Assembly (NCBI GenBank): GCA_049890075.1
Contig: JBMHCE010000033.1
Coordinates: forward strand, 80,356-144,355
Direction of reading: 5' to 3'
From: Chitinophagales bacterium
Lineage (GTDB): Bacteria; Bacteroidota; Bacteroidia; Chitinophagales; UBA8649
DNA: 64,000 nt
This document shows, in pieces, positions 9,858 to 18,697 of this stretch (within the stretch, counting starts at the first letter, position 1; each line of letters starts with the position of its first letter). Below the pieces are notes generated by a model. It was given only the letters and a program-made list of their open reading frames with translations, did not search any database and was not told where the DNA came from. Both the position numbers and the translations under genes were made by a program.

Positions 9858-10822
9858 GCAACCCCCCATCCGTCGTTGGCGTTGTCGTGGTTACTTATAA
9901 TGGTAGTCACTGGATAAAGCGATGCCTTGGCTCGATAAAAAAAGATAGTATAGCCACCAGAGCCTATGTAATTGACAATGCCTCTAGTGATAATACGGTA
10001 TCCATGGTGAAAGAGAACTTCCCTTCTGCCAAACTATTTACGCTAGAAAAAAACATTGGCTTTGGACAGGCTAATAATATCGGCATGTGCCAAGCTATTT
10101 CAGATGGGTGTGACTTCATCCTTTTGCTAAATCAAGATGCATGGTTTAGCGATGGGTCGTTAAGCAACTTAATGGAAGGGTTTTTGTCGTCGGAAATCGA
10201 TGTTATCAGCCCCATTCACCTATGCGGAGAGGGCGCGAAGATTGATCGGAATTTCTTTGGTTACCTAACGCATGGCCTACAAACGAACGACACAAATAGA
10301 ATGCTATACCGCGATGCTCTTCTAGGGCAACTCAAAAAGAGCTATCCGTCAAATTTTCTAAATGCCGCTTGTTGGCTTTTTAAAAGTTCGTTAATCGAAG
10401 AAGTAGGTTTGTTTGATCCTTTTTTCTTTCATTATGGAGAAGACACCAACTACTACCAGCGCCTTCGATATTTTCAAAAATCAATGGGAGTAGTGCCCAC
10501 TTCGTTTGTTTTCCACGATAGAGAGGGACGAAGAACTTTAGATTCTCAATCAGAACCTCAGTTAATTCTTGAATTGAAAAGAAAACTCAGCGATATAAAC
10601 TTTCATCAAAGCTTTTCCACGCGATACAGGCAATATGTTAGACATTATTGCCTGCGCTCTGCATACTATCTCCTTAGAGGTAACTTTTCTGAAAGCAAAA
10701 AAAGTTGGGCGATCTTTAGAGCGCTTATTCGGCTAAAGCCCCAACTCATAATGTCGATAAATCGCAATGTGAACTTGCAATATGATTCAACCGTTTTTCT
10801 CAGTAATTATTCCAATATATAA
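9809..10822 (+). CDS. Glycosyltransferase family 2
   Basis: 337 aa with VVVVTYNGSHWIKRCLGSI..., VIDNASSDNT and a DxD-like LLLNQDAW. The start is uncertain: the ATG at 9809 overlaps the upstream gene by 49 nt, and an in-frame GTG lies downstream. Confidence 0.8.
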   Translation: MDNQTKSNVGTYQKGVGNPPSVVGVVVVTYNGSHWIKRCLGSIKKDSIATRAYVIDNASSDNTVSMVKENFPSAKLFTLEKNIGFGQANNIGMCQAISDGCDFILLLNQDAWFSDGSLSNLMEGFLSSEIDVISPIHLCGEGAKIDRNFFGYLTHGLQTNDTNRMLYRDALLGQLKKSYPSNFLNAACWLFKSSLIEEVGLFDPFFFHYGEDTNYYQRLRYFQKSMGVVPTSFVFHDREGRRTLDSQSEPQLILELKRKLSDINFHQSFSTRYRQYVRHYCLRSAYYLLRGNFSESKKSWAIFRALIRLKPQLIMSINRNVNLQYDSTVFLSNYSNI

Positions 10823-11846
10823 CCGCGTTGATTTGTTTGGGGACACACTGCAAAGTGTCATCAACCAAGAGTACGAGCATTGGGAACTCATTCTTGTCGA
10901 TGATGGGTCAAACCAAGAGAATATCAGCGTGGTTAAGGATTTAATCAAAGGTATCCCTAACACTCAATGGGTTGCGCGGCCCAAGAATATGCCCAAATCT
11001 GCCTCCTCGTGCAGAAACTATGGCGCAAGCCTTGCTAAGGGGACGTTTTTTATATTCCTAGACTCTGACGACATATTATCACCCAACGCCCTAAAAGTAA
11101 GGGCGAAGCAAATCAACAATGCTAATGCACGAAGCATCCACCTTTTTCCATCCTTTACGTTTTCTAACCAAGACCACAAACCTGATCACATTTGGAATGT
11201 GTTAGAGAAAAAAAACAGGCCCAATATCAACCGGTTTTTTGACGGAGACATACCTTGGCATACCTCGGGGACAACATGGCCAAGAGAGATTTTTCAATCC
11301 ATAAATGGTTTTTATGGCGAAGCCTTGTCAGCTCAAGATTGGGAGATCCATATTCGACTACTACTTGAAAACAATATAGAATTAGTGTATCATGAAGATC
11401 ACGTGAAATATTGGCACCACGGAGTTCGGCGAGACAACCAGCCCTCTATTGTTTCAGGGTTTAACAAGCCAGACAGGATACTCAATCGGCTTGAAACCTT
11501 TGGGCGCATAGTGGCCGAAGTTGTACATCAAAATAGAATGACTCGAGATCTTGAGGGTAGTATTATCGCATCAACCTATCGAACAGCACTCAGTGCCAAA
11601 AAGGCCGGGCTTGATTCGGCAGGCACGGAGTTGATTATTCGCACATGCAATGCGCTGAAACTTGGCTTTTTTGCATCTAAAGCGTTAGTAACGATCTACC
11701 GTGACTCCCAACACAACATTAGGTATCGTTTAATAAGAATGTTTTTCTCGAAAAAATATAACCTTGCAGACTTGCGATTTAAGCAAAACGCCACGTTGTG
11801 TCGTTTGCCATGGAAAGATTTTAAGGAAACAATGAGCAACGCTTAA
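10782..11846 (+). CDS. Glycosyltransferase family 2
   Basis: 354 aa with FSVIIPIYNRVDLFGDTLQSVINQEYEHWELILVDDGS and FLDSDD. Confidence 0.85.
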   Translation: MIQPFFSVIIPIYNRVDLFGDTLQSVINQEYEHWELILVDDGSNQENISVVKDLIKGIPNTQWVARPKNMPKSASSCRNYGASLAKGTFFIFLDSDDILSPNALKVRAKQINNANARSIHLFPSFTFSNQDHKPDHIWNVLEKKNRPNINRFFDGDIPWHTSGTTWPREIFQSINGFYGEALSAQDWEIHIRLLLENNIELVYHEDHVKYWHHGVRRDNQPSIVSGFNKPDRILNRLETFGRIVAEVVHQNRMTRDLEGSIIASTYRTALSAKKAGLDSAGTELIIRTCNALKLGFFASKALVTIYRDSQHNIRYRLIRMFFSKKYNLADLRFKQNATLCRLPWKDFKETMSNA

Positions 11847-11848
11847 GT

Positions 11849-12865
11849 ATGGCTAAAAAACCTCTTCATATCATCCTATGTCACAGCAATGCAAGTCAAA
11901 CAAGCCGATTGGCGGAGAGACTACTTGAATCAGAGTGCTTTGTTGTCTTTCATATTTGTTTAAATGCATCTCAAGCATTTCAAAAAAACCTCACAGACCG
12001 ATTTGGACATTATCACAACGTTAGTTTTTCAACCAGAGAAGATGGAAGCTGGGGAGAATTTGGAATTGTCCAAGGAACGATAAATGCCATAGCCAAAGGA
12101 GATGAAGTATATGGAAAAGACATTTCACACTTCAACCTTCTTAGTGGTCAAGACTATCCCATCAAGCCCCTATCAGAGTTCAATACATTCCTTTCATTCA
12201 ACCAAGAAAAAGACTTTATTGAGGCCTACCGTTGGTATCCAAAACTCCACGATGACGTTGAGGTTAACCATCCCTGGCGACAGAGCAAGCATCTCCAACA
12301 CCTTCGATTACAACACTACTACTATCGAGTTGGGACGAATCGTATCGCTGTACCTGAAAAATACACAGACCGCTACAGAGGTGGTTTTGTTTCACGGTTG
12401 GCAGACCTAGTGCGTTCATTGCCCAGCATGGCACTAAACAGACAACGAGCAAGAGAAGAGTGGTTTCTTTTCCAACAAACCAACCGCCATCACTTTCCCC
12501 GACCTATTCCTCCTTACCAATTTTATAATGGCAGCCAGTGGTGGACCATGAGTGCATCGAGTGCACGCTATGTACTTTCCACCTATACTTCACTCTTTAA
12601 TGACTTAACAGAACATGCTAAGTTCAGCATGTTAAGTGATGAGTTCTTTTTTCAAACCTTGTTAAAAAACAGTCCTCACTCTGAAAAGGTACAACACAAT
12701 AATCTTCGTGAGATTCAGTTTGCGTTGGATCAGCGCCAATCCAAACACCCCCGAGTTTTTCAAGAAGACAGCCTTCGCGAGCTTTTGTCATCGCAACATT
12801 TTTTTGCGAGAAAATTCAATGGTGACTGCAAAACATTAGACCTCTTGGATGAAAAACATCGATAA
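11849..12865 (+). CDS. Core-2/I-branching-type beta-1,6-N-acetylglucosaminyltransferase family protein (GT14-like)
   Basis: 338 aa with HIILCHSN..., FNLLSGQDYPIKP and GSQWWTMS. These are typical of the Branch/GT14 fold family. There is no TM anchor. Confidence 0.6.
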   Translation: MAKKPLHIILCHSNASQTSRLAERLLESECFVVFHICLNASQAFQKNLTDRFGHYHNVSFSTREDGSWGEFGIVQGTINAIAKGDEVYGKDISHFNLLSGQDYPIKPLSEFNTFLSFNQEKDFIEAYRWYPKLHDDVEVNHPWRQSKHLQHLRLQHYYYRVGTNRIAVPEKYTDRYRGGFVSRLADLVRSLPSMALNRQRAREEWFLFQQTNRHHFPRPIPPYQFYNGSQWWTMSASSARYVLSTYTSLFNDLTEHAKFSMLSDEFFFQTLLKNSPHSEKVQHNNLREIQFALDQRQSKHPRVFQEDSLRELLSSQHFFARKFNGDCKTLDLLDEKHR

Positions 12866-13931
12866 CAATCCCACAGTAAGTATTGTGATGGCGGTCTACA
12901 ATGGTGAATCGTTCATTGACGAGGCGGTCCAAAGTATGCTGAGCCAAAGTTTTCAGGACTTTGAGCTTATTATCATAGATGATGGGTCTACCGATGGCAC
13001 CCATGAGAAGCTTTTGAACTACAGCGACCATCGAATTATACTTGAACGTAACCCCACGAATCAACGATTGATTGCATCCTTGAACAGGGGGCTTGGACTG
13101 GCTAAAGGAAAATATATTGTGCGAATGGACGCCGACGATGTATCGCTCCATCTTCGGCTACAAACCCTCGTAGACTATCTCAACCAAAACCCAAGGTGTG
13201 TCTTGCTTGGAAGCGCTCACGAAAACTTCGGAGATGGGCGCGAACCCAGAACAATTCGATATCAAGAAAACGACAAGGCTATACGATATCACATGTTGTT
13301 GAATACGTATCTGCAACATCCCACCGTTGCCATACGAGCTTCCACACTAAAACAACACAACCTTCAATATGACGAGCGATTTGTTCATGTCGAGGACCAT
13401 TGGATGTTCTACGAGCTATCCCGTCTTGGAGAAGTGCACATCATAAATACGCCACTTCTGCGATACAGAATTCATGCGCAAAACATTTCCGTTGTTTACT
13501 CTGAAGACCAGCTACAAACACAAAACAACATCCGACAACGGATTGCCGAAGATTACGGCTTACAGTTTAAGGGCAAAGACTCCTTTATCCATTACTTGTC
13601 TTTTATGCTTGTATTAAAACCACAGGCACACCAAACCTATACCATTCAACTTCCTACAACCAGCAGAGGTTTCTTAGAGTTATTTGATAATTTACACGTT
13701 CTGGTGCTGTCGATGAAAAATTGTGAGGTGGAAAAAAACATAACAAGAGGCCTCTTAACAATTCTTCCCCTTCTAACGGGATTAAGTCGTGCTGATTTTA
13801 AGGGGTTATTAAGGCACCCACTGGTGGCTATGTCTATAAAAAACCCGTTGGGTTTGTTTAAGCTACATATGAAGAATCTCCTCGGAATTTCATACCAATA
13901 CAATAAAATTTTAGACCAACAAAAATCATGA
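12849..13931 (+). CDS. Glycosyltransferase family 2
   Basis: 360 aa with VSIVMAVYNGESFIDEAVQSMLSQSFQDFELIIIDDGSTDGT and RMDADD. Confidence 0.88.
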   Translation: MKNIDNNPTVSIVMAVYNGESFIDEAVQSMLSQSFQDFELIIIDDGSTDGTHEKLLNYSDHRIILERNPTNQRLIASLNRGLGLAKGKYIVRMDADDVSLHLRLQTLVDYLNQNPRCVLLGSAHENFGDGREPRTIRYQENDKAIRYHMLLNTYLQHPTVAIRASTLKQHNLQYDERFVHVEDHWMFYELSRLGEVHIINTPLLRYRIHAQNISVVYSEDQLQTQNNIRQRIAEDYGLQFKGKDSFIHYLSFMLVLKPQAHQTYTIQLPTTSRGFLELFDNLHVLVLSMKNCEVEKNITRGLLTILPLLTGLSRADFKGLLRHPLVAMSIKNPLGLFKLHMKNLLGISYQYNKILDQQKS

Positions 13932-14944
13932 TACACCGAATTCGGGGAAGATTAAATAGATATTGGGAGCGCCACAAACACCAACGTGGAGTTCAAAAAG
14001 TTAAACAGCACAGCACCTTGATTCAATGGCAGGCGCCAATCAAAGGGGAGGGCTCTGTGATTTGCCTTGTAAAAGATGGAATGGAACATCTTGACTCCTT
14101 TGTAAAACACTACCAAGGGTTAGGATTTAGACACTTTGTCTTTCTAGATAATGGGTCGAGTGATAAGACCATTGATTATCTAAAGTCTATAGAATGCACT
14201 GTGTACCAATGCCGCCTCAATTATGAAAAATACATTTATGCCATGAAGCAATTTATGGTGCACAGCCTCGGTGAAAATCACTGGTCACTCTATGTCGATG
14301 TTGATGAGCTTTGGCTATATCCTGGAATGAAGACCCTTTCCTTAAAAGACTTCCTTGAATATCTAGATCATCATTCATTTAATGCATGCCAAGGGCATAT
14401 GTTAGATATGTTTGGTGAAACAATCAGTTTTAACAATCAACCGCTTAACGAAGTATCCTTACAACAAGCCTATCCATACTTTACCCTAAGTGGATTGATA
14501 CAATCTCCCCTTCAGCGCTACTTTATTCAATCTGACGGCAGAAGATTCCAGTATCATGGAGGGGTAAACAAACACTTCTTCGACTTAGATAAAATCTATT
14601 TGTCCAAAATTCCACTCATAAAGTGGAATCGGAAAATGATTGTCCACGAGAGTTCTCATATTTCAAAATATATCCAACTCGCGGACGTAAGCTGCGCTCT
14701 TTTGCACTATAAATTCACCAACACGTTTTTTCAGAAGGCGCAGAAAATTGTAAACGAAAAGCGTGACGCCTGGGCTGTTGAATACTATGGGCAAATCTTA
14801 GATGCCCTTGATAATAAAAACACAAGCCTTGTTGATGAAAGTACCTGTCGGTTTGAAAGTGCCCAGCAATTGGTTCAACTAGGGTTTATAGATGTAAGTA
14901 GTGCCTTTTTATCTTTCGAAAGCCAAATGAACATTAATGATTAA
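13928..14944 (+). CDS. GT-A fold glycosyltransferase (Glyco_tranf_2_4 / GT92-like)
   Basis: 338 aa with ICLVKDGMEHLDSFVKHYQGLGFRHFVFLDNGSSDKTIDYL followed by YVDVDELW (DxD-type). It has a 4-nt ATGA overlap with the upstream gene. Confidence 0.6.
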   Translation: MIHRIRGRLNRYWERHKHQRGVQKVKQHSTLIQWQAPIKGEGSVICLVKDGMEHLDSFVKHYQGLGFRHFVFLDNGSSDKTIDYLKSIECTVYQCRLNYEKYIYAMKQFMVHSLGENHWSLYVDVDELWLYPGMKTLSLKDFLEYLDHHSFNACQGHMLDMFGETISFNNQPLNEVSLQQAYPYFTLSGLIQSPLQRYFIQSDGRRFQYHGGVNKHFFDLDKIYLSKIPLIKWNRKMIVHESSHISKYIQLADVSCALLHYKFTNTFFQKAQKIVNEKRDAWAVEYYGQILDALDNKNTSLVDESTCRFESAQQLVQLGFIDVSSAFLSFESQMNIND

Positions 14945-15929
14945 AGTCTCTGTCATAATGTCTGTTTTCAACAGCCTCCCTCTGCTTAACGAGAGCATTG
15001 AAAGCCTGCAACAACAGGACGTTAGAAATTTTGAAGTCGTCATCGTAGACGATGGGTCAGATGACGGAAGTAGAGAGTTTTTAGCCAATTTGCAAGAGAA
15101 AGACCGTCGTTTTGTTGTTCTATTCAACGAAGTAAATATCGGATTGACCAAGTCCTTAAATCGTGCATTAGAAAAAGCGCAGGGAAAATATATTGCAAGA
15201 ATGGATGATGATGATATTGCTCTCCCATCTCGCTTAAAAAAACAAAGCGATTTTTTAGACAAGAATCATAATGTCGGAGTTGTTGGAACATATGCCGAAC
15301 TCTTCGGGGGGCAATCTGGATTCAGAATGCATGACACGCAGGACGAAATTTTAAAATGTAAAACCCTTTTTAGTTGTCAATTTTGCCATCCTTCCACGAT
15401 GATAAGAAGAGATGTTTTGACAAAAAACAACATAACCTATGACGAAAGCTTTGTAACCGCTCAGGACTACAAACTTTGGACTGATCTGTTGACTGTGACG
15501 GATTTTGCCACTCTGCCCGAAGTTTTGCTTAAATATCGAATACATGCAAGACAGATAAGTAGCGTAAAAAGAGAGCAGCAGGTTGAAAATACGTATCGAA
15601 TCTATGGCGAGATATTCTCTAGGCTTGGGATTGAGTATGACATGTCAACTCTTACAACCCACCAAGATCTTGCATCGTTTTCCCACCTATCTATGGGTGT
15701 AAATGACCTAAAAAAAACAAGCGATCATCTGTTATCCATTATCAAAGCAAATCAATCGGCTCAAGTGTTTCCACAAAAAGAACTTGAGAGGTTTCTTGGA
15801 GAGATGTTTTATAATCTAGTAAAGGTCTCTAAAGTAAGCCGAAGCCAAAAAGTTGCCATGTATTATCAAAATGGTCACCAGGTATATTTTGAGCCCCGGC
15901 TCACAAAACTAAAGCTGTATTTTTCCTAA
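14937..15929 (+). CDS. Glycosyltransferase family 2
   Basis: 330 aa with VSVIMSVFNSLPLLNESIESLQQQDVRNFEVVIVDDGSDDGS and RMDDDD. Confidence 0.88.
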   Translation: MIKVSVIMSVFNSLPLLNESIESLQQQDVRNFEVVIVDDGSDDGSREFLANLQEKDRRFVVLFNEVNIGLTKSLNRALEKAQGKYIARMDDDDIALPSRLKKQSDFLDKNHNVGVVGTYAELFGGQSGFRMHDTQDEILKCKTLFSCQFCHPSTMIRRDVLTKNNITYDESFVTAQDYKLWTDLLTVTDFATLPEVLLKYRIHARQISSVKREQQVENTYRIYGEIFSRLGIEYDMSTLTTHQDLASFSHLSMGVNDLKKTSDHLLSIIKANQSAQVFPQKELERFLGEMFYNLVKVSKVSRSQKVAMYYQNGHQVYFEPRLTKLKLYFS

Positions 15930-15936
15930 GGTTCCC

Positions 15937-16707
15937 ATGAGCAATCCAAAGAAAAATATTATTCTTCTCCATGTTCCCAAAGCCGGTGGAACCACGTTGC
16001 GGCAGATATTTCTTGAACAATATGACGGATCAACAAGCCGTGACGAAATCTACATCATTAACCGAACGCGCGAGGCAAAATATTTCAAGGATATCGACCC
16101 CAAAATGCGCGCAAAATATAGACTCCTTTTAGGACACCTTCCCTTTGGTATACACGAGTATTTATCCGGTGAATACCAATATGTTTCCATGGTGCGCAAC
16201 CCTATTGATCGAGCGGTATCTGACTATGCCTATTCTAAATCCTTTAAAAAGCACGAGGCCTATTCAATGATTCATGACCAAAAGATGAATCTTGTGGAAT
16301 ATGTTTCCAACTATGCCTCTTCTTGGCATTCAAATGGACAAACTAAACTATTCGCTGGAGCCCAGTACCTCCACCAAGAGTGTACCACAGAAACTTTTAA
16401 CAGAGCTATTGAAAACATTGAGCGCTACTTTTTATTTGTTGGTATTCTAGAAAAGTTTGACCTGTCGCTTACTTTGCTAAAAAACCGCTTGTCCTGGAGT
16501 CAGCCTTATTATAAAAAGAAAAACAAAACCCTTATTCGCTACAAGGTGTCAGATAAAGAAAAAGCGATCATCTCAGAGTTAAACCAATACGACTTAAAGC
16601 TCTGTGCCTACTGTGAAGAAAAATTTTTAGGTGTAGGAAACAAAGAAAGGCTGGCCACCAACATGTTTTCTACCCTTAATGGAATAAGAAACGCATTGCG
16701 CCACTAA
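15937..16707 (+). CDS. Sulfotransferase-like protein B (Sulfotransfer_2 type), cytoplasmic
   Basis: 256 aa with LLHVPKAGGTTLRQIF at residues 10-25 and MVRNPIDRAVSDY. The motif spacing matches protein A (9162-9857). There is no signal peptide or TM. Confidence 0.7.
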   Translation: MSNPKKNIILLHVPKAGGTTLRQIFLEQYDGSTSRDEIYIINRTREAKYFKDIDPKMRAKYRLLLGHLPFGIHEYLSGEYQYVSMVRNPIDRAVSDYAYSKSFKKHEAYSMIHDQKMNLVEYVSNYASSWHSNGQTKLFAGAQYLHQECTTETFNRAIENIERYFLFVGILEKFDLSLTLLKNRLSWSQPYYKKKNKTLIRYKVSDKEKAIISELNQYDLKLCAYCEEKFLGVGNKERLATNMFSTLNGIRNALRH

Positions 16708-16795
16708 CCATCAAATCGGATACAATGGATAAAAGAATAATGCAGGTCGATTTTTTGGGAATAAGCGCAATACCCTTTGTAACAAGTAACGTGAT

Positions 16796-17692
16796 ATGAA
16801 CCCTTTGTTTTCTATTGTTTTACCAGCCTATAACCGAGAGGACAGGATAGGACAGGCCATTCAAAGTGTACTTGACCAAACATATTCTAACTGGGAGCTA
16901 ATCATTGTCGACGATGGCTCAACAGATAACACCAAAGAGGTATGTCTGCAATACCAAGATCCAAGAATATCCTATGTCTACCAGGACAATGCAGAGCGTA
17001 GCGCTGCACGCAACAAGGGAATAGCACTTTCTCAAGGAGTTTACATCGGATTTTTGGATTCTGACGATGTATACACGCAGTCTTTTTTAGAAGAAGTGGA
17101 CCGTGTAATTCAAAAACTTGAGGACCCAAACCTTGTTTTCACGGGTCTTTCAACAAAGAAGGAGGGGCAACTTAATCACCAGCCCATTCCTGCACTTGAT
17201 GGTTGGGATTACAAAGATTACCTGTTAATTCATTCTATGGCTACCCCAAGGGCCGTTATACACAAGGAGTGCTTTTCAAAGGCCTTGTTTCCTGAAGACA
17301 TTTCGATTGGAGAGGACCGGTATCTGTGGGTTCGTTTAGCATATTATTATCCTGTAGCCTTTTGTCCCAAAGCTATCGTCGTTCAGCGTGACTTAGGCGA
17401 TCGATCCATAGACGGCCTTGAGGCCAAAATAGAGAACTATATCTCTCTTTGTAAAACCATAAAAACCAGAGAAGGAACATCGCTCTCACCCCGGGCTATT
17501 TCCGTTGCTAAGGCCCGCGGATTGTTGGCTATTGCTCGTTGGCATATGCACAACAAAAGCAGAGTAAAAAGTATCCTGTATGTTCTGCGTAGCTTATGGG
17601 TAGCTCCTTTTGATCAGGGCAAATTCAAGGCAAACCTTCTTTTACGATTGCTTTTTATGTTTCCCCTTGACTCGATTCTAACGCTATTCTAG
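16796..17692 (+). CDS. Glycosyltransferase family 2
   Basis: 298 aa with FSIVLPAYNREDRIGQAIQSVLDQTYSNWELIIVDDGSTDNT and FLDSDD. Confidence 0.88.
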   Translation: MNPLFSIVLPAYNREDRIGQAIQSVLDQTYSNWELIIVDDGSTDNTKEVCLQYQDPRISYVYQDNAERSAARNKGIALSQGVYIGFLDSDDVYTQSFLEEVDRVIQKLEDPNLVFTGLSTKKEGQLNHQPIPALDGWDYKDYLLIHSMATPRAVIHKECFSKALFPEDISIGEDRYLWVRLAYYYPVAFCPKAIVVQRDLGDRSIDGLEAKIENYISLCKTIKTREGTSLSPRAISVAKARGLLAIARWHMHNKSRVKSILYVLRSLWVAPFDQGKFKANLLLRLLFMFPLDSILTLF

Positions 17693-17734
17693 AATTGCAT
17701 CTGATAATCGTGTAGATTAGGTCTAACAAATCAT

Positions 17735-18676
17735 ATGAATCCCCTGCAAACGATACAAAACATCATTAAGGCAAAAGGTTATAACAAGAAAGCCCGCTCC
17801 CTGGGCCCTTCAAAAAAGATTGTTTTGTCCAGCACTCCAAGGGGTGGATCTACGTGGGCATATGAAGTACTTTTAGGAGAAAAGGGCATCGGTGTTTGGG
17901 AACCACTACACCCAGTTTGGCTTAAAAAAAATAGTATTCAACCCAACGGGAATCATGATCTTTTTGCCCCAAAGGACCTCTCGCTTCCCAAGCTTCAAAC
18001 CTACCTTGAACAGGTTTTGTATAATAGTAGTGTAGATAAACAAAATCGCTTTTACCCAAAAAAAGAGCACTCCTTAAAGCGCATACAATCTTGTGATTAT
18101 ATGGTTTTTAAGTTTTGTCGGCTCGGGCCGCTTTTGCCTTGGTTTCTTCATAGATTTCCCTTTCGTGTATGGCATATTGTTCGAAATCCCTTCGCTGTTG
18201 TATCCTCGCAGTTAAGGCACCCCGCATGGGATTTTATACATACGCAAAAGGCATTCAGAGATAATAAAAACTCTTTTTTTCCTACATATTATGAATCGTA
18301 TTATCACATCACAAATGCGTTGCATCACCCCGAAGAGTTTCTGGCGGCCAAATGGTGTTTAGATTTGATTCCCGTTCTTGATGAGGCACAGAACGATAAA
18401 CTTTATCTATGTTGCTATAAGGACTTAGTGGTAGATGGGGTTGAACACTTTCGTCGTGCCTTCAGCTTTTATGGCCTATCATTCGACTACTGCAATAAGG
18501 AGCAAATAGACAAACCCTCAATGACTACTCGCCAAGGGAGTAATATCCTAAACGCTCAAAGCCCCCTAACGACATATAAAAAGTACCTTAGTCAGGAGCA
18601 AATCGACAGGATTCAGAACGTGCTTGATTCTTTTGGACTCAGTTCATGGGAAGAAAGAATTCAAAAGGATCGTTGA
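17735..18676 (+). CDS. Sulfotransferase-like protein C (different subclass; P-loop-like PAPS site)
   Basis: 313 aa with SSTPRGGSTWAYEVL (5'-PSB-like, compare the PKSGTT/PRSGST type) and HIVRNPFAVVSSQLRHP (3'-PB-like). No TM. The family call is motif-only. Confidence 0.5.
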   Translation: MNPLQTIQNIIKAKGYNKKARSLGPSKKIVLSSTPRGGSTWAYEVLLGEKGIGVWEPLHPVWLKKNSIQPNGNHDLFAPKDLSLPKLQTYLEQVLYNSSVDKQNRFYPKKEHSLKRIQSCDYMVFKFCRLGPLLPWFLHRFPFRVWHIVRNPFAVVSSQLRHPAWDFIHTQKAFRDNKNSFFPTYYESYYHITNALHHPEEFLAAKWCLDLIPVLDEAQNDKLYLCCYKDLVVDGVEHFRRAFSFYGLSFDYCNKEQIDKPSMTTRQGSNILNAQSPLTTYKKYLSQEQIDRIQNVLDSFGLSSWEERIQKDR

Positions 18677-18697
18677 CAAGTGATAAATGGTTAAACT

